Source: Botryllus schlosseri (taxonomy: Eukaryota). Taken from it: a DNA stretch of 64,000 nucleotides. Shown here in pieces: positions 13,085-24,862 of this stretch (its first letter is position 1; each line of letters opens with the position of its first letter). The notes below the pieces were generated by a model, which saw nothing but the letters and a program-made list of their open reading frames with translations, was not told the DNA's origin and ran no database searches. Location: contig CM119373.1 of NCBI GenBank assembly GCA_051294905.1, forward strand, positions 5,024,001 to 5,088,000, read 5' to 3'. The position numbers and the translations under genes were made by a program.

Positions 13085-14039
13085 GTTTTAAGTTTATTGT
13101 CACTGCACCATGTGGGTGGTAATGGTAATTTCGTTTCGTAAGTCGAGTGAGTGCTGACAAGTCATCTGGAGCTAACAGATTTCACGCAAAAGCCGAAAGT
13201 GGTCTCTATGGATTTTAACGATGTTACATACCTAGATCTGTCATGAGCTTTTGCACGGTATGTCTCGCTGTTAGTATGGAACACAGCGCGAAGTCTCAAC
13301 ATTGACAATCAATGATTAGGGGACTAATTTCGTTATCGAGTATGGTGGATATGTGGGTTGATCTGACGCTTACCTACCGCATTCCGGATTTCACGCAAAA
13401 TCCGGTGTTGCTCTGTGCTAATTTCAGCTGTGTTAGGCCTACATACCTAGATAGGTGATGATATTTCGAATGATATATCTCGATGATCTCATGTATAACA
13501 GTTTACTAAGTTTCTCGGTTTTCAATCAAATGTTCATTTAATTTTATGTTCTTCAATGACGATTCTACTGTGAAATTACATCCTTCAAGCCAATTGCTCA
13601 CAATCCGCATTGTCAAGTGTGATAACTCTTTCGTTTCCGATACCAATACCTCAATATATTTCACGCGTAATTTGCTGTTTGTCTGTATTGATTTTGACGG
13701 GGTTCCATATCGAAATGGGAGATGAGATTGCGTATTCTACATCACGATGATGTCATCTAACAGTGTTCTAGGTTTACGGCTTTCATTTCGTAATATATTT
13801 TCCAATATCGATTTCGCAGCAGAATAACTGAGAAAGTAAGCTGTGTGTCACAGTCTCCATTGCTATGTGCGAGCGTGTATTTGCCGCCATCTGAAGCATC
13901 TGGTCCGTGAGCACTACGAAGTCACATTATCGCGTTAGAATACACCCTCGCGGCGTCATCTAGAGACGCGGCTTGCGAACTAGTTAGCCAATATAACCCT
14001 ATAACAATAAACTGCAACTTACAAGCGACAATGGGGGGG

Positions 14040-14640
14040 GGGGGATCTTATGAAGATGTGCGACTGCTCCTAAGGAGGAGTCTTATGTGTCAAATGCGCG
14101 AATCAAAGCCAGGTTCCAAAGCTGCTTGCTTGCAATAATCTAGGGGACTCTAAAGCGCCAATAGAAGTAAGAGCAGAGTTGTTTGTCACGCGACAGCAAG
14201 ATACTAGGGATGTAATTACAGATGTCCCCCTTAATCTGTCAGACGAAGAAATTAGGCAATCATTGCTGGTAATACGGCTGGTGTTCAGTATAGCTTGACT
14301 TTTTGATTAAATTCATTGAGTATAAACAGTACTTGAAGATTAAGGTGTGGACTTTTGCCCATAAAAAAAAAAACTAAGTGGAATCTGTAGCTTACACTTT
14401 GTATGATCACCGATGGGCTGGGTGAATGGGAGAAAGTCAATTCTAATCCTAATTCAAAACTATGATTACGCACCATATAGAACTTTGGCGAAAACACCAC
14501 GGCGTGATTGGTTTGATTTGGATAAGGGTAGATTATGCGTTATTTTTGCGGTCACAAAGTCCGATGCCGCAACGGCCCCGTGCTGAAGTGTCACCTCTGA
14601 AACTGCCGCTTGTCATTGTACCGCATGCTCAAGTATCGGA
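14040..14640 (+). pseudogene. decayed I/Nimb-like LINE ORF1 fragment
   Basis: 'GVLCVKCANQSQVPKLLACNNLG...DVITDVPLNLSDEEIRQSL' is typical of the I/Nimb ORF1 pre-knuckle region; stops and frameshifts present. Confidence 0.55.
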
Positions 14641-14691
14641 GGACCGGTACTTGAACGAACAACACGTATATCCTCGAAAATACATCTAGAT

Positions 14692-15976
14692 CAGGGGTTC
14701 TCAACCCGCGGGCAGCATGCGGCCCGCAGACGTATGTTTTGCGGCCCGCGACATCTTTCATTATATGAAGATGAACGAAATTACTACAGGCACGGCATTG
14801 TTACATATTAATTTAGCTGCTTAGCTCTCTTATCGCACGGTATATGCTTCGTTTGAATACTCATTCTTCGAATTTTTCTGTTTCTTGATACGCTTGAGTT
14901 TAGATTGTTGTTTTTTGAATTTGTATTCGTGTGGACTCTAACAGGCATTATGTTCGTTGTGGTGGCATAAAAGGCACACATTTGAGCTTTGACATAGTAC
15001 ATTATGTTGTGACGTCATAATGAGTGATACTCGACTCGAAGCATAGTACGTGATTCAGAATCGAATCAGTCAGGTGGGCTACTTGATTTTGCCCAGCCCT
15101 ACCCACGACGTTACATGTTGACATTGGTTTATCGCTAAACCCAATATATCTGCTAGAGGAGATGTGATGTCAATAAAACTTAAATAATACTGCGCGAATA
15201 TTCACTGTTTCCGGAACTTACCTATAAGGACCACAAGGAGAAATTTCTAAGCTACGGTTGTCTGATTCAACCGTGACCAGAAAAGTAGCAGCAATGTCAG
15301 TCGCTCTTTCATCACATGTTCTGAAACACGTTGCCGCACAGAGTATGCTTTAGCCTAGCGTTGGACGAATTCACCGACGCTACATACAGGGCATAGGTAA
15401 TTATCTGGGTGAATTTTATCAGAGTGGACACATTCACAGAGGAAATGCTGGAAAGGCAAACGTGGGAAGGGGGCCAGCGAAAAATATCAACTTGAGAGCT
15501 GGATTCTGTAACCATTGGTGCAGGTCTCCACTCCAGTCATTGAAGGAAAGTAGAAGGGTTGGTTCGTTGTCTTAGAAATGACCGCGAAACGCTAGACTCC
15601 TCATATCACTGAGAGCTCAAAGGGATAATGGCCTCTGAAACGAAAAAGTTATCGCAATTTTATACTTGCTCGCTCACGCACGCATTGGAACAGAGTGTTT
15701 AGTTCTCTGGATGAACGATTGGAAGGTGGGGATATACCGACTTGGCTATGAATGCAATGCACGCCCTATGAAGGGATTTACTTGCGCCGCTGGAAGATAC
15801 ATATCATCACGAAAAAAAACAGCAACTGCAAACTTACGAACGTCGTCCAATATTTCTTTAGAATGCAAAAAAATGTAATAATAGCCCACAAATACATGGT
15901 AATAATGTTCCGCGGCCCGCAGCGTCATTTGCTGTTAAAATGCGGCCCGTCATACATGCGAAGTTGAGAACCCCCG
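14692..15976 (+). mobile_element. hAT deletion derivative (GTF2IRD2/Buster-like)
   Basis: TIRs CAGGGGTTCTCAAC/GTTGAGAACCCCCG; perfect TSD ATCTAGAT; internal 'CFSLALDEFTDAT' is the hAT first catalytic-Asp motif (~15345-15385). Confidence 0.88.
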
Positions 15977-15990
15977 ATCTAGATCTATAC

Positions 15991-17187
15991 CAGTGGTCTC
16001 AAACACGCGGCCCGCGTCGATATTTTGTATTTTCAAGTATTTGACAAAATTAACTGCCAAATATCTTTTGTTCTAATTTGAGGACTTAAAACTCTAAAAC
16101 TACTCCTAAAATCTTGAACTACTCATCAAACTTCACTATCACATTACTTTCAAAATCGACCATGCAGTAGAGAACAGCTATAGTTATGTCACATTACCTG
16201 TTCATTATAATAAAACATGACTAGAGTGAATAAATCGAGTTGAGTCGGGTCAACGTTAGGATCAGAGAAGGCTTGTGACTGAGAACGCTGTTTCTTAGTA
16301 CAACCACGAACGCAACAAACTGTTATGGGTAATATCAAAAGGTCATAGCTTGCGTTGCAAGGATATTTAGCTATCTAAGCAGGTCGGTATGGTAACCATT
16401 GGCATTCTGTTGCCCCCTTCATATCGGGTCTCTTCATCCGTGTTATTAACGCCAATTAAATATTGCGAGTAAAGTAGTAGTAGTAGTAGTACCCTCCACA
16501 GTCGTAACACCATTGAATTGGTCGGCGATCAAACATTTCTAATAATATGGCACATAAATTATTATACCTAAGTTGTTATTGACCTGTTCCCAATATATTC
16601 GGAGCTAAATCTAACGCTGATTTAATTTGACTTTGTCAATGACATGATCAATAGCCTACCTATCAGTAGGGCTTCTCACACTGATTCGAGTATACTCGAA
16701 TCTGAATCGAGTAACAATTCGAATAATTCGAGTCGAGTAGTAAAAGATGATCTTTTTGAGTACTTAAATCGTGCGTTCCATGCCAATAAGAGCAACGAAG
16801 ATTATCAATCTTTTTTAAATTCCAAATTCCACGACAAATGTCCGCTAGCTGCAAAATTATATATAATGCGACAGCTTTTGTGATGTCCTTATATGCAGTT
16901 GTCCTCTCGCATGGTGTCTATTACTTATTAATTTTGACAAATTATGCCAAGTACAACATAAATTTTACAGAATTATTTAAAAACGTATTTATTGCGTGCC
17001 AGGCTTGAATATTACAATAGTAAATCACATTTTCAAGATGTTTATGGAATGCCCGTCTGAAAAGTCCTATTTAATATGGCCTATACTTAGAAATACGTTG
17101 AATACCCCTATCGTTGATGCTGCGGTCCACGGTGTCATCTAAAACTGGGAAATAGGCCCGCGAGCACATCTGAGTTTGAAACTCCTG
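15991..17187. mobile_element. hAT MITE
   Basis: Ends CAGTGGTCTCAAAC/GTTTGAAACTCCTG; TSD ATCTATAC/ATCTAGAC; related ends at ~25578 and ~38361. Confidence 0.8.
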
Positions 17188-17356
17188 ATCTAGACTAAGC
17201 TGGTGGGTTTCATTGCGTCAAAATTTTGATACCCCACAACATGAACAAAATTATTGTTAGTGAATTTTCACATATTTTTGGGTTCACTGAAAAGAATGTA
17301 GTAAACCATTCCCCCCAATTGGGATACTGTGTCGAATGAAGGAGCATCACACTCAC

Positions 17357-17491
17357 CTTGACTCGTGGAATTTGCTCCTCTTTCAGCACCGGTAATGTTG
17401 TAAACATTCGTCTGATTTCCGGCCACGACGTTAACCAGGCTCTTTGTCAAATTAAGATTGATATTGTCACCTTCGGCCAAAGTTGCGGACC
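17357..17491 (-). CDS. NLR gene putative exon 2 (N/V/G-rich motif)
   Basis: Acceptor gtttctcag, donor gtgagt; 135 bp, phase 1-1; encodes GSATLAEGDNINLNLTKSLVNVVAGNQTNVYNITGAERGANSTSQ; frame-compatible with the NACHT exon. Confidence 0.65.
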
Positions 17492-17709
17492 CTGAGAAAC
17501 ACGTTTTTATTGAAATGCGTGTCAAATTCCATACATAGCCTTATAAAATAATATGGATTCTAATATTTTCTTCGATATCTTTCGGAATATTGTTTACACA
17601 GCGAGCGAGAAATGTAATGTATTGGAATAACTTCACAACTGTTTTATTTGGATCAATATTAGCATTAACTTTAAGTATTCTGAGTTCAAATACAACGGAC
17701 ATTACTTAC

Positions 17710-17785
17710 CGCTTAACCCGGACGATAATGATGTAGACTTGGCAGCAACGTCACCAGAAATCTGATCTTTATCCCCTTCTGCCAT
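17710..17785 (-). CDS. NLR gene putative first coding exon
   Basis: gtcATGG start context; MAEGDKDQISGDVAAKSTSLSSGLS followed by a phase-1 gtaagt donor matching the next exon. Confidence 0.6.
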
Positions 17786-17889
17786 GACATTGATAACTTG
17801 ATACTAATTAGATGGCTTATATCACAATACTTAAATACACATATCAATTACATTCTATGATGAATCTTTTCTAAACAACAGGCCAAGAC

Positions 17890-18024
17890 CAATGTTCCCT
17901 CTAAGCTGCGCACGTGCGAAATTGCGCAGTGCTGACACGGTCTCTGCGTACCGCAAAGTTACACTGCGCACAAAAATCCGAAGTGATGATCTTTTTTAGT
18001 CGTGAAAAATTGGAGGGAACACTG
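17890..18024. mobile_element. short hAT MITE
   Basis: TIRs CAATGTTCCCTC/GAGGGAACACTG; TSD GCCAAGAC/TCCGAGAC. Confidence 0.75.
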
Positions 18025-18163
18025 TCCGAGACTATCATTCCTGAGCACTAAAATATAAGGTAGATGTGATATTGATAATCGAGCAATATGAACTGTTAAC
18101 AGTCACATCTTCACTATTTGGAATACCCTAATACCAGGTCTCTCAAAACATCCCGACGAACTG

Positions 18164-18490
18164 CCTACCCAGTCAACAAAATTGGAAGCGATTGCTCTGC
18201 GTGTTATACGCATTCGATGTCAGTATGATGCTTTAAAACAAACAATTATCGCGTTTCAGCTGCAGATACATTACCCCTTTCGCTACTACAGCTTACAACC
18301 GCTATTAACCATGTTTTACTATGAGCATTGTTGATGTCAGACGTCTGGCATCATTAAGTCATCACAATGTGGACACTACTTTTTCATGACCAATGTTAGT
18401 CTTGTTGAAATTCATCACAAGCAACACAGCATACACAGCACAGTAAATTGAGAAAAAACGTCATATGAAATACACGAAACGACACATTAA
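18164..18490. repeat. diverged duplicated block, copy 1 (copy 2 at ~24925-25275)
   Basis: Shared CCTAC(C)CAGTCAACAAAA...CGCATTCGATGTCA...CAGCTTACAACCGC...CATCACAAT...AAACGACA in the same order. Confidence 0.75.
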
Positions 18491-20379
18491 CTCAATGCCA
18501 GTTTCCAACTAGTGGAAAAAGTTGAAAAAGATCTCGTAGAATATATAACAGAGCTAGAATAGAGACTTCCAATCTTATGAGTTACAAAAAACGAAACATT
18601 GACTTGATACAAGCTTATAATCAGTTGAAAATGTTGCACAGAGCATATAGGCATAATAGTGCAAATAGAGACAGTCAGTCCCATGAAGTACGGAACACTC
18701 AACATTGATTTAATAATAGCTCCTAATCAGTTGTAAGTTGCACATGATCACATACCACAGAAAAGACAGTTCGAATAGCGAACTCTACTCTCATGAAGTA
18801 CATAAAATGCAAATTTGATTTGTTGTAAGCTCCTGATCAGTTGAAGAAGTCGCACAGATCATACAACTATACTTCGAATAGAGACAGTCAGTCATATGAA
18901 TTGCAAGTTCAAAAATTATACCTACATTTAATAATATAACATTCATGCCAAGTTCTACTACTCCAGGGGCGTATTTGTCCACCTATAGGATTAATCGTAT
19001 TTAATGTAAACGCTAAGTTTGAAGCATAGAGACCAAAGCAATATTCAATGAATTTATGACCGTGATATACTTCAATAGCTGTTGAAGTTAATAATGAGAC
19101 ATCTGTGGTCGATCAAAGTTGTCAACAGCAAGTTCTTTGAACTCTGGCTGCATATAGGAAACAAAGAAAGCAAAGAGCTAAAGAATAATTACCAATCACC
19201 AATTATTTGCGTTAGAAAAAAAGAAAGAAAGAATAACCTACAGTTACTAAAATCTGACGTAGTAGGCAATTAAGTATAGCGGAGAATTGCGGCAGACTGT
19301 GACCATACTATCAAGTAAGACAGAAAACTGCATGCGGGCCTCTCAAAATTCCTTCGTGGACCTACGTTGCGCGTCTCTGTTAAAACGTATTGTATACAAA
19401 CGAGGGTTTGGACTTTTTCAAATTTACCGAGTTTTAAATTCATTAGGCTTGAGTTAATGCGTAAATGCCGGTAATGCAAACCTTCCCGTGTTGACGAACA
19501 TACGTGTAAGATCCATTATCGCACGATATACACACACGCACGCTAAAAAATGACCAACAGTAACGGAAATTTGACGTAAGCAAGTAGTGGGATTGCGGAA
19601 GAATTTGGCCGCGGGCCACAATATAATGTACGACCGCGCGGAAAGCTTCAACATGCCCAAACATCTACAAGGCATTATTGCAATACAGCTATTCCATTTA
19701 GCAAATCCGAAAGACTACATCATACTGTAAAATAAACCAAGGAATGCATATCTATCACTCAACTCGGGATAAAAGTTGGAAGTAAAATGAGTTAGTTAAT
19801 TGCTTGTGGGGCGTCACTTCGTGACTCTACATCATTGATGCGCCATCCACTGCCTAAAGGATTCGGTTCAACGCTTAGTATTGCTTCTAGTATGACGTGC
19901 TGAAAATTTCATACATAACCGCTTCTGCGCGTGACTCAAATTGTAGTTGCTTCCGGAAAAATCTGTTAGAGGCAGTCATTTCATAGCAGAGCCATCGCGC
20001 AACGTTGCTTTATGCGTGTGACCAATGCAAAATTCCGCAACGAAATCCAATCGGTTGGTTTCAAAAAAAAATTGATAAGTCATTGTTACGGTTAACATTA
20101 TTTACGATTTGTGTTTGTTCAGCAACATGTTGTACTGTCCGCAAAAAAACTAGCGTCAATGCAATGTGCATTTCATTGATGAGGCAAGTATCGTCATATT
20201 ATTTCAGACGACTGATGAAACATATTGATGCAATATTCTCTGTAAGGAGTAAGCCGACATTGCCACGTAATTGTGACTTAATTTACACGAGTCGTAAACT
20301 CACATATACCATATATCACATACCATTACCGCCAAATAATTATAACAATCTTATCTGACAAACACCGCAAGCAAGGTGT

Positions 20380-20900
20380 ATGGCACGTTATCTGAGTGGC
20401 AAATAAGCTGGGATACGCTACTTTCTGATGATAAATTTTCGCACAGGTTTTTGAAATAAAGACTGACATCACATAGTAATGAGGGAAGTTGCCAGTCAAA
20501 GATTCCATTGAAGAAATAACTTCTGCGAAACCATACAATTCAATGTTATCTTTGCTGATATGAATTTGTATATTACACGTTACACAGTACCATCACGTCC
20601 CTTTATTTTAATAACATACTATTAAATGCCTTCTTGAATCTATGCTCATACCAGCAGCATAAGTTATCCAATATTGCACGAGCTCTTGCATGAACTCTAC
20701 CAACTAAGCCGTTTCTGAATCAGGATGCTTGTTCGTAACATATATTGTCACTTAAACTGCGCCAAACTCGTAGATTGCGTTACACCGCTGTGAACAGAGC
20801 ATCCTGTGCATTTTAAACCGATGTGACGCGCAACTGAGCTTGCAATTGCTATCGCGGTGTTGGTAAAAGGGTTTCTTCGCGAGCTTGATTATTTCTCTGT
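20380..20900 (-). pseudogene. relic of a paralogous NLR exon
   Basis: GCCAAACTCGTAGATTGC vs GCCTGATTCGTAGATTGC of exon 5901-6214; frameshifted peptide 'AIYEFG...LVGRVHARARAILDNL..SID' vs 'AIYESG...IVGSLAARSQSFDSL..SID'. Confidence 0.55.
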
Positions 20901-22024
20901 ATCACTTCGCATTTACGGTAACCAAATGTCACGCTTTGTTAGAGCAACCTGCATATTCCAAAACATCAATGCTTCTGTACCAAACCAACGACGAAATTTC
21001 TCAATATACATATAGACGCGACAACGTGCTGAGATGACAAAAATCCTCTATAGAGGGTATACACATCCATAATATACAATTTAAACATGAACCAAGCTCT
21101 TACGAGTAATATAAACGTATATGCTTACACTATATCCATTCATAATTAAAGTTTACATATTAAAAAGTTTTTGTCGGTGAATAATTCATCGTGTGCCAAA
21201 GACAATCGACATAGTCATTCGCTCAGAAGTGTACGGATATCAGAAATAGCTCGGAACATCAACTCCAGTCATCCAAAAAACACCCGAAAAAAATCATGTC
21301 TACAGCGTATCCAATATGCATACTCGGGCAAAGCAGTTATAAGGGTTATTTGATTCCCTAAAATCGAGCACGGCCAGATTCACTCCCGTTGCTCAGTGTC
21401 GTCGCGTTTGTCGATAGTATACTTACGTCAAGGGTTGCATTTGAAACATGTTTCAACCAATGTGTTTTAAACAAAAGCCTTTAAAATAAATTGTCTGTTT
21501 TCAAGTTGTAAAAGTATGCCATCATTGTGAAAATACTTTCGAAAAAATATTTTGTAAGTGCCTACGGACAATTACCACCATATATAGCCGACGTATACGG
21601 TATGGGAAGTTGGAACTCTCAAAATACTCGGTTCAACAACTATAGTACGTAGATATTTCGTCAAAGAAGCTATATTTACAATTTGTCAATGATAATCCAC
21701 TATGACATCACAATCTAATATTATGGCTCAAAAGAATACAATAAAACAGATGTTTTAAATATTCGCCTAAAAATGTAAATGGTACGATTCTACACGGAAA
21801 CATGCGGAAACGTAATACCTAAATCGCTCCAAGTCATAATAAAGGATGGTGTAGCCTACTGCTGGGTAAATGCTGGGGTTCTGGAGGCCGTCTAGCGGTG
21901 CGGACGTGTTTCCGACGCTGAGGAAGATAACTAGCTTTTGGCTCCGTTTAGTACGGAAGGGGACGGGATATTACTGAATATTCGATATATACTGGACATA
22001 CTAGGTATTGATATTGGATATACT

Positions 22025-23316
22025 CAGAGGTGGTCAGTAACGAAGTATTTCTACTTTTTCGAATTACTCAAGTAGTTTTCCTCTACTTCTGGTACTTACT
22101 CAAGTAGATCTTATTTTCGCTACTTCTACTTCTACTTCATAATTTTTTGTGATCTACTTACTTACTTTTCGCTATTCTCAGTTTGCCAAGTAGAAGTAGT
22201 TTAATCCTCCAATCAGGAAGATGGCGTGAGGAATTTTGGGAATGTTTTCAAGGAGTATCAACATTTAATTTTCATAAAATTTGAGTAAAGCCCAGAATTT
22301 TCGTCGCGCTTCGCGCTCAGTGGATACGGAGTAACCAGTATGATTTCACAAAAGTTTCGGTGAATATAATTTAGGTAGCGGGTTGGCGTTGTTCCGTTCA
22401 CACCGCATTGTAGCCCTTCACCCGTATGAAATATTTCATCACATTATATATGGCTCATCATAACGTTGGAAACTGATGTTTCGCAATCTAGCATTTACTT
22501 ATCATATCGTAATCTAGCAGCCCATGGCGTGTCCTAATTCGAAAAGTTGGAATCTGACTTTTTTTCAGTTTTAGAGCTGTTTTAGCATACCACCTTTGAA
22601 ACTTTCTGGACTAAAGACATGAAATACACATTTCGCTTTTAAAAGTAGTATTTATATTTCAATTTCAATTCCCAGTATCATATACTTTGAGTTCTAATTA
22701 ATATCAGTTGTTTTGTCTGGATTACAACATGTTGAAGTATAAAAGCGAGTGTAGTAATGCCTTTAATTTCCGGAAATAAAGCTACACAATATGTCATTTT
22801 TACGATCTACCATATTGTTTATTCACGTTTACTAATCGCGCAGTGTTTACACCTTATCCTATACAACTTCTCCGAATTGCTCTTCGACTAAACTACGGGC
22901 CTTATAATACGGGGAAGTGCGCCATACCATGATATTTTCTAAAACGTGCTGTTCGATTAAACAGAGGATTAGTATCGCATTTCCATATCAATACTACCAT
23001 TTTCATCCCGTGATGCGGACGAAGGCTTATGCTGTCGAACATTGAATACCTCCTGGTATGCATCAATACGGATCAAGCTCGACACCTTTCGCATAGCTCA
23101 ATTTGCATCTTTTGACAACCCATGCGAACGAATGACGATCGTTTTCACAACTACTTACTTACTTCAGTAGATTTAAAGTCAGTCAATTCTACTTCTACTT
23201 CAAGTAGTTTTAGGTTGCTTATGGAAGAAGTACCTTTACTCGTACTTGAGTAGATTTTCTCGTCGCTACTTCTACTTCTACTTGAGTAGTTTTCTTGACT
23301 ACTTTGACCACCTCTG
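22025..23316. mobile_element. hAT MITE with TACTT/AAGTA subterminal repeats
   Basis: TIRs CAGAGGTGGTCA/TGACCACCTCTG; TSD GATATACT/GATATAAT. Confidence 0.88.
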
Positions 23317-23372
23317 GATATAATGGATAGCTGGACATACGACGTAACAATTAAGGAACTATCCGATTAACA

Positions 23373-24525
23373 ATGGCGACGGCCATGGGGACGTACAACG
23401 CTGACGATACCGATGCACAAAGAAATGCTACACAGGTATCATATGCAACAGCAACGGAAAGAGCAGAGAATACAACAGTACAGAGAAAAACCAATCAGGA
23501 AACACTGATAAAATATGGATTATGAATTTGATCACAGAAACCAATGGAAAGAATTTAAGAGATGAATTGTACCACCAGATGAGATGAAACCCTAATGAAG
23601 CGAAATTCCGTGACATAACTTTCGAACTCCAATGACGTCCAACGACACATCTCATTGGTGAAGGAATACCATGCGAATCTAAATAGGAGGATATAGCCGA
23701 ACAATTGAGTGAATATGGTTTCAGGACGGTTATCAACCAGACCAGAGTCTTCAGAAGAAACACCAACTGGTACAATGGTTTCACTAACATCTGGGTGGAA
23801 GAATTCTGAAAAGAAAAGCATGCCCTGCCATCTAAAAGTTGGTGGCTATAGATGCCTTATCAGAACAGCTGAAGACGCTTATCAGAAGCGATGTTACAGC
23901 TGCAATCTGATGGGACATATTGTAGGGGAATGTCCGAGTGAAAAATTGGAATGCACGATGTGCAAACGACTGGGTCATCGTGCAGAAGAATGCAAGTCCA
24001 AACTTCGACAAGACAAACCCGGACATATGACCGAGCCTGAAAATGCTGAAATAGCCAACAATGAAACAGTAAATATGGTTGACCAGAAAACAACCCGGAA
24101 TGACGACGTGAAGAGGAATGGAACAAGGCAGACCAGCCAGGCAATTATCAAAACATACTCCTCAACTGACGCCGCATTCGAAAATGCAGACACAACACAG
24201 GAAGAAACCGAGCCAGCGCAAGCTACAATACTGATAAACAAAAAGAAACACAGACGGCCCAAAAGCTAGCCAGCAAAAAGCCGTCGGATACGAAACCTCA
24301 TAAACAGACAAAGAGCTGTGATGTGACGGTGAAACATCGACACAGCGATAGAGTGACAACCAGAGGAACTGCAAGCAGCCAAGCAAAAATGCCGAGTAAT
24401 AATGAGAAGAACAAACGCAACAATTCTCCAAACAGAATCGATGACGAATCTATTGAAACCAGCGTCGATTAACGTAAATGGATTAGCAAATAGAATACAA
24501 CAGCTGGAACAATATATACAGACCT
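23373..24525 (+). mobile_element. decayed Tx1/L1-like LINE: ORF1 plus start of ORF2
   Basis: Two CCHC knuckles CYSCNLMGHIVGEC and CTMCKRLGHRAEEC; 'MTNLLKPASINVNGL' is the start of an APE endonuclease; stops and frameshifts, then truncated. Confidence 0.8.
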
Positions 24526-24612
24526 GCAAATGGCTATCGACGCTACACCCGACGAAATCATGCGCAACGTATACGACGGACCACAAGCTCCGACAATAAT
24601 AAACCCAGTAAA

Positions 24613-24862
24613 CCCGACAAGATAGCGTAATGGTGAAGCGTCCGGCTTCTTGATCGGTAGGTCGTGGGTTAGATCCCCGGCAGAGTCACACCAAAGACCT
24701 GATTAGCAACACTGGTATCCATGACTTCCCTGCTTGGCGCTCATGAATTAATGGGATAGCATGGAGGGGTGGTGCAAGACTAATAAAACACCTTCCTTGT
24801 CCAGCGGCATATGCACATCATGAACTCAATGGTATGCGTATGCACAGATCGTGTGTGTGTGT
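24613..24862 (+). mobile_element. tRNA-derived SINE
   Basis: A-box TAGCGTAATGG, B-box GGTTAGATCCC, central GTCACACCAAAGAC...TGGTATCC...CTTCCCTGCTTGGCGCTCA segment, (GT)n tail. Confidence 0.8.

Noticed and set aside
20620..20700. GPCR helix-8-like 'RFKKAF'
   Set aside because: Better explained as an off-frame reading of the decayed NLR paralog exon
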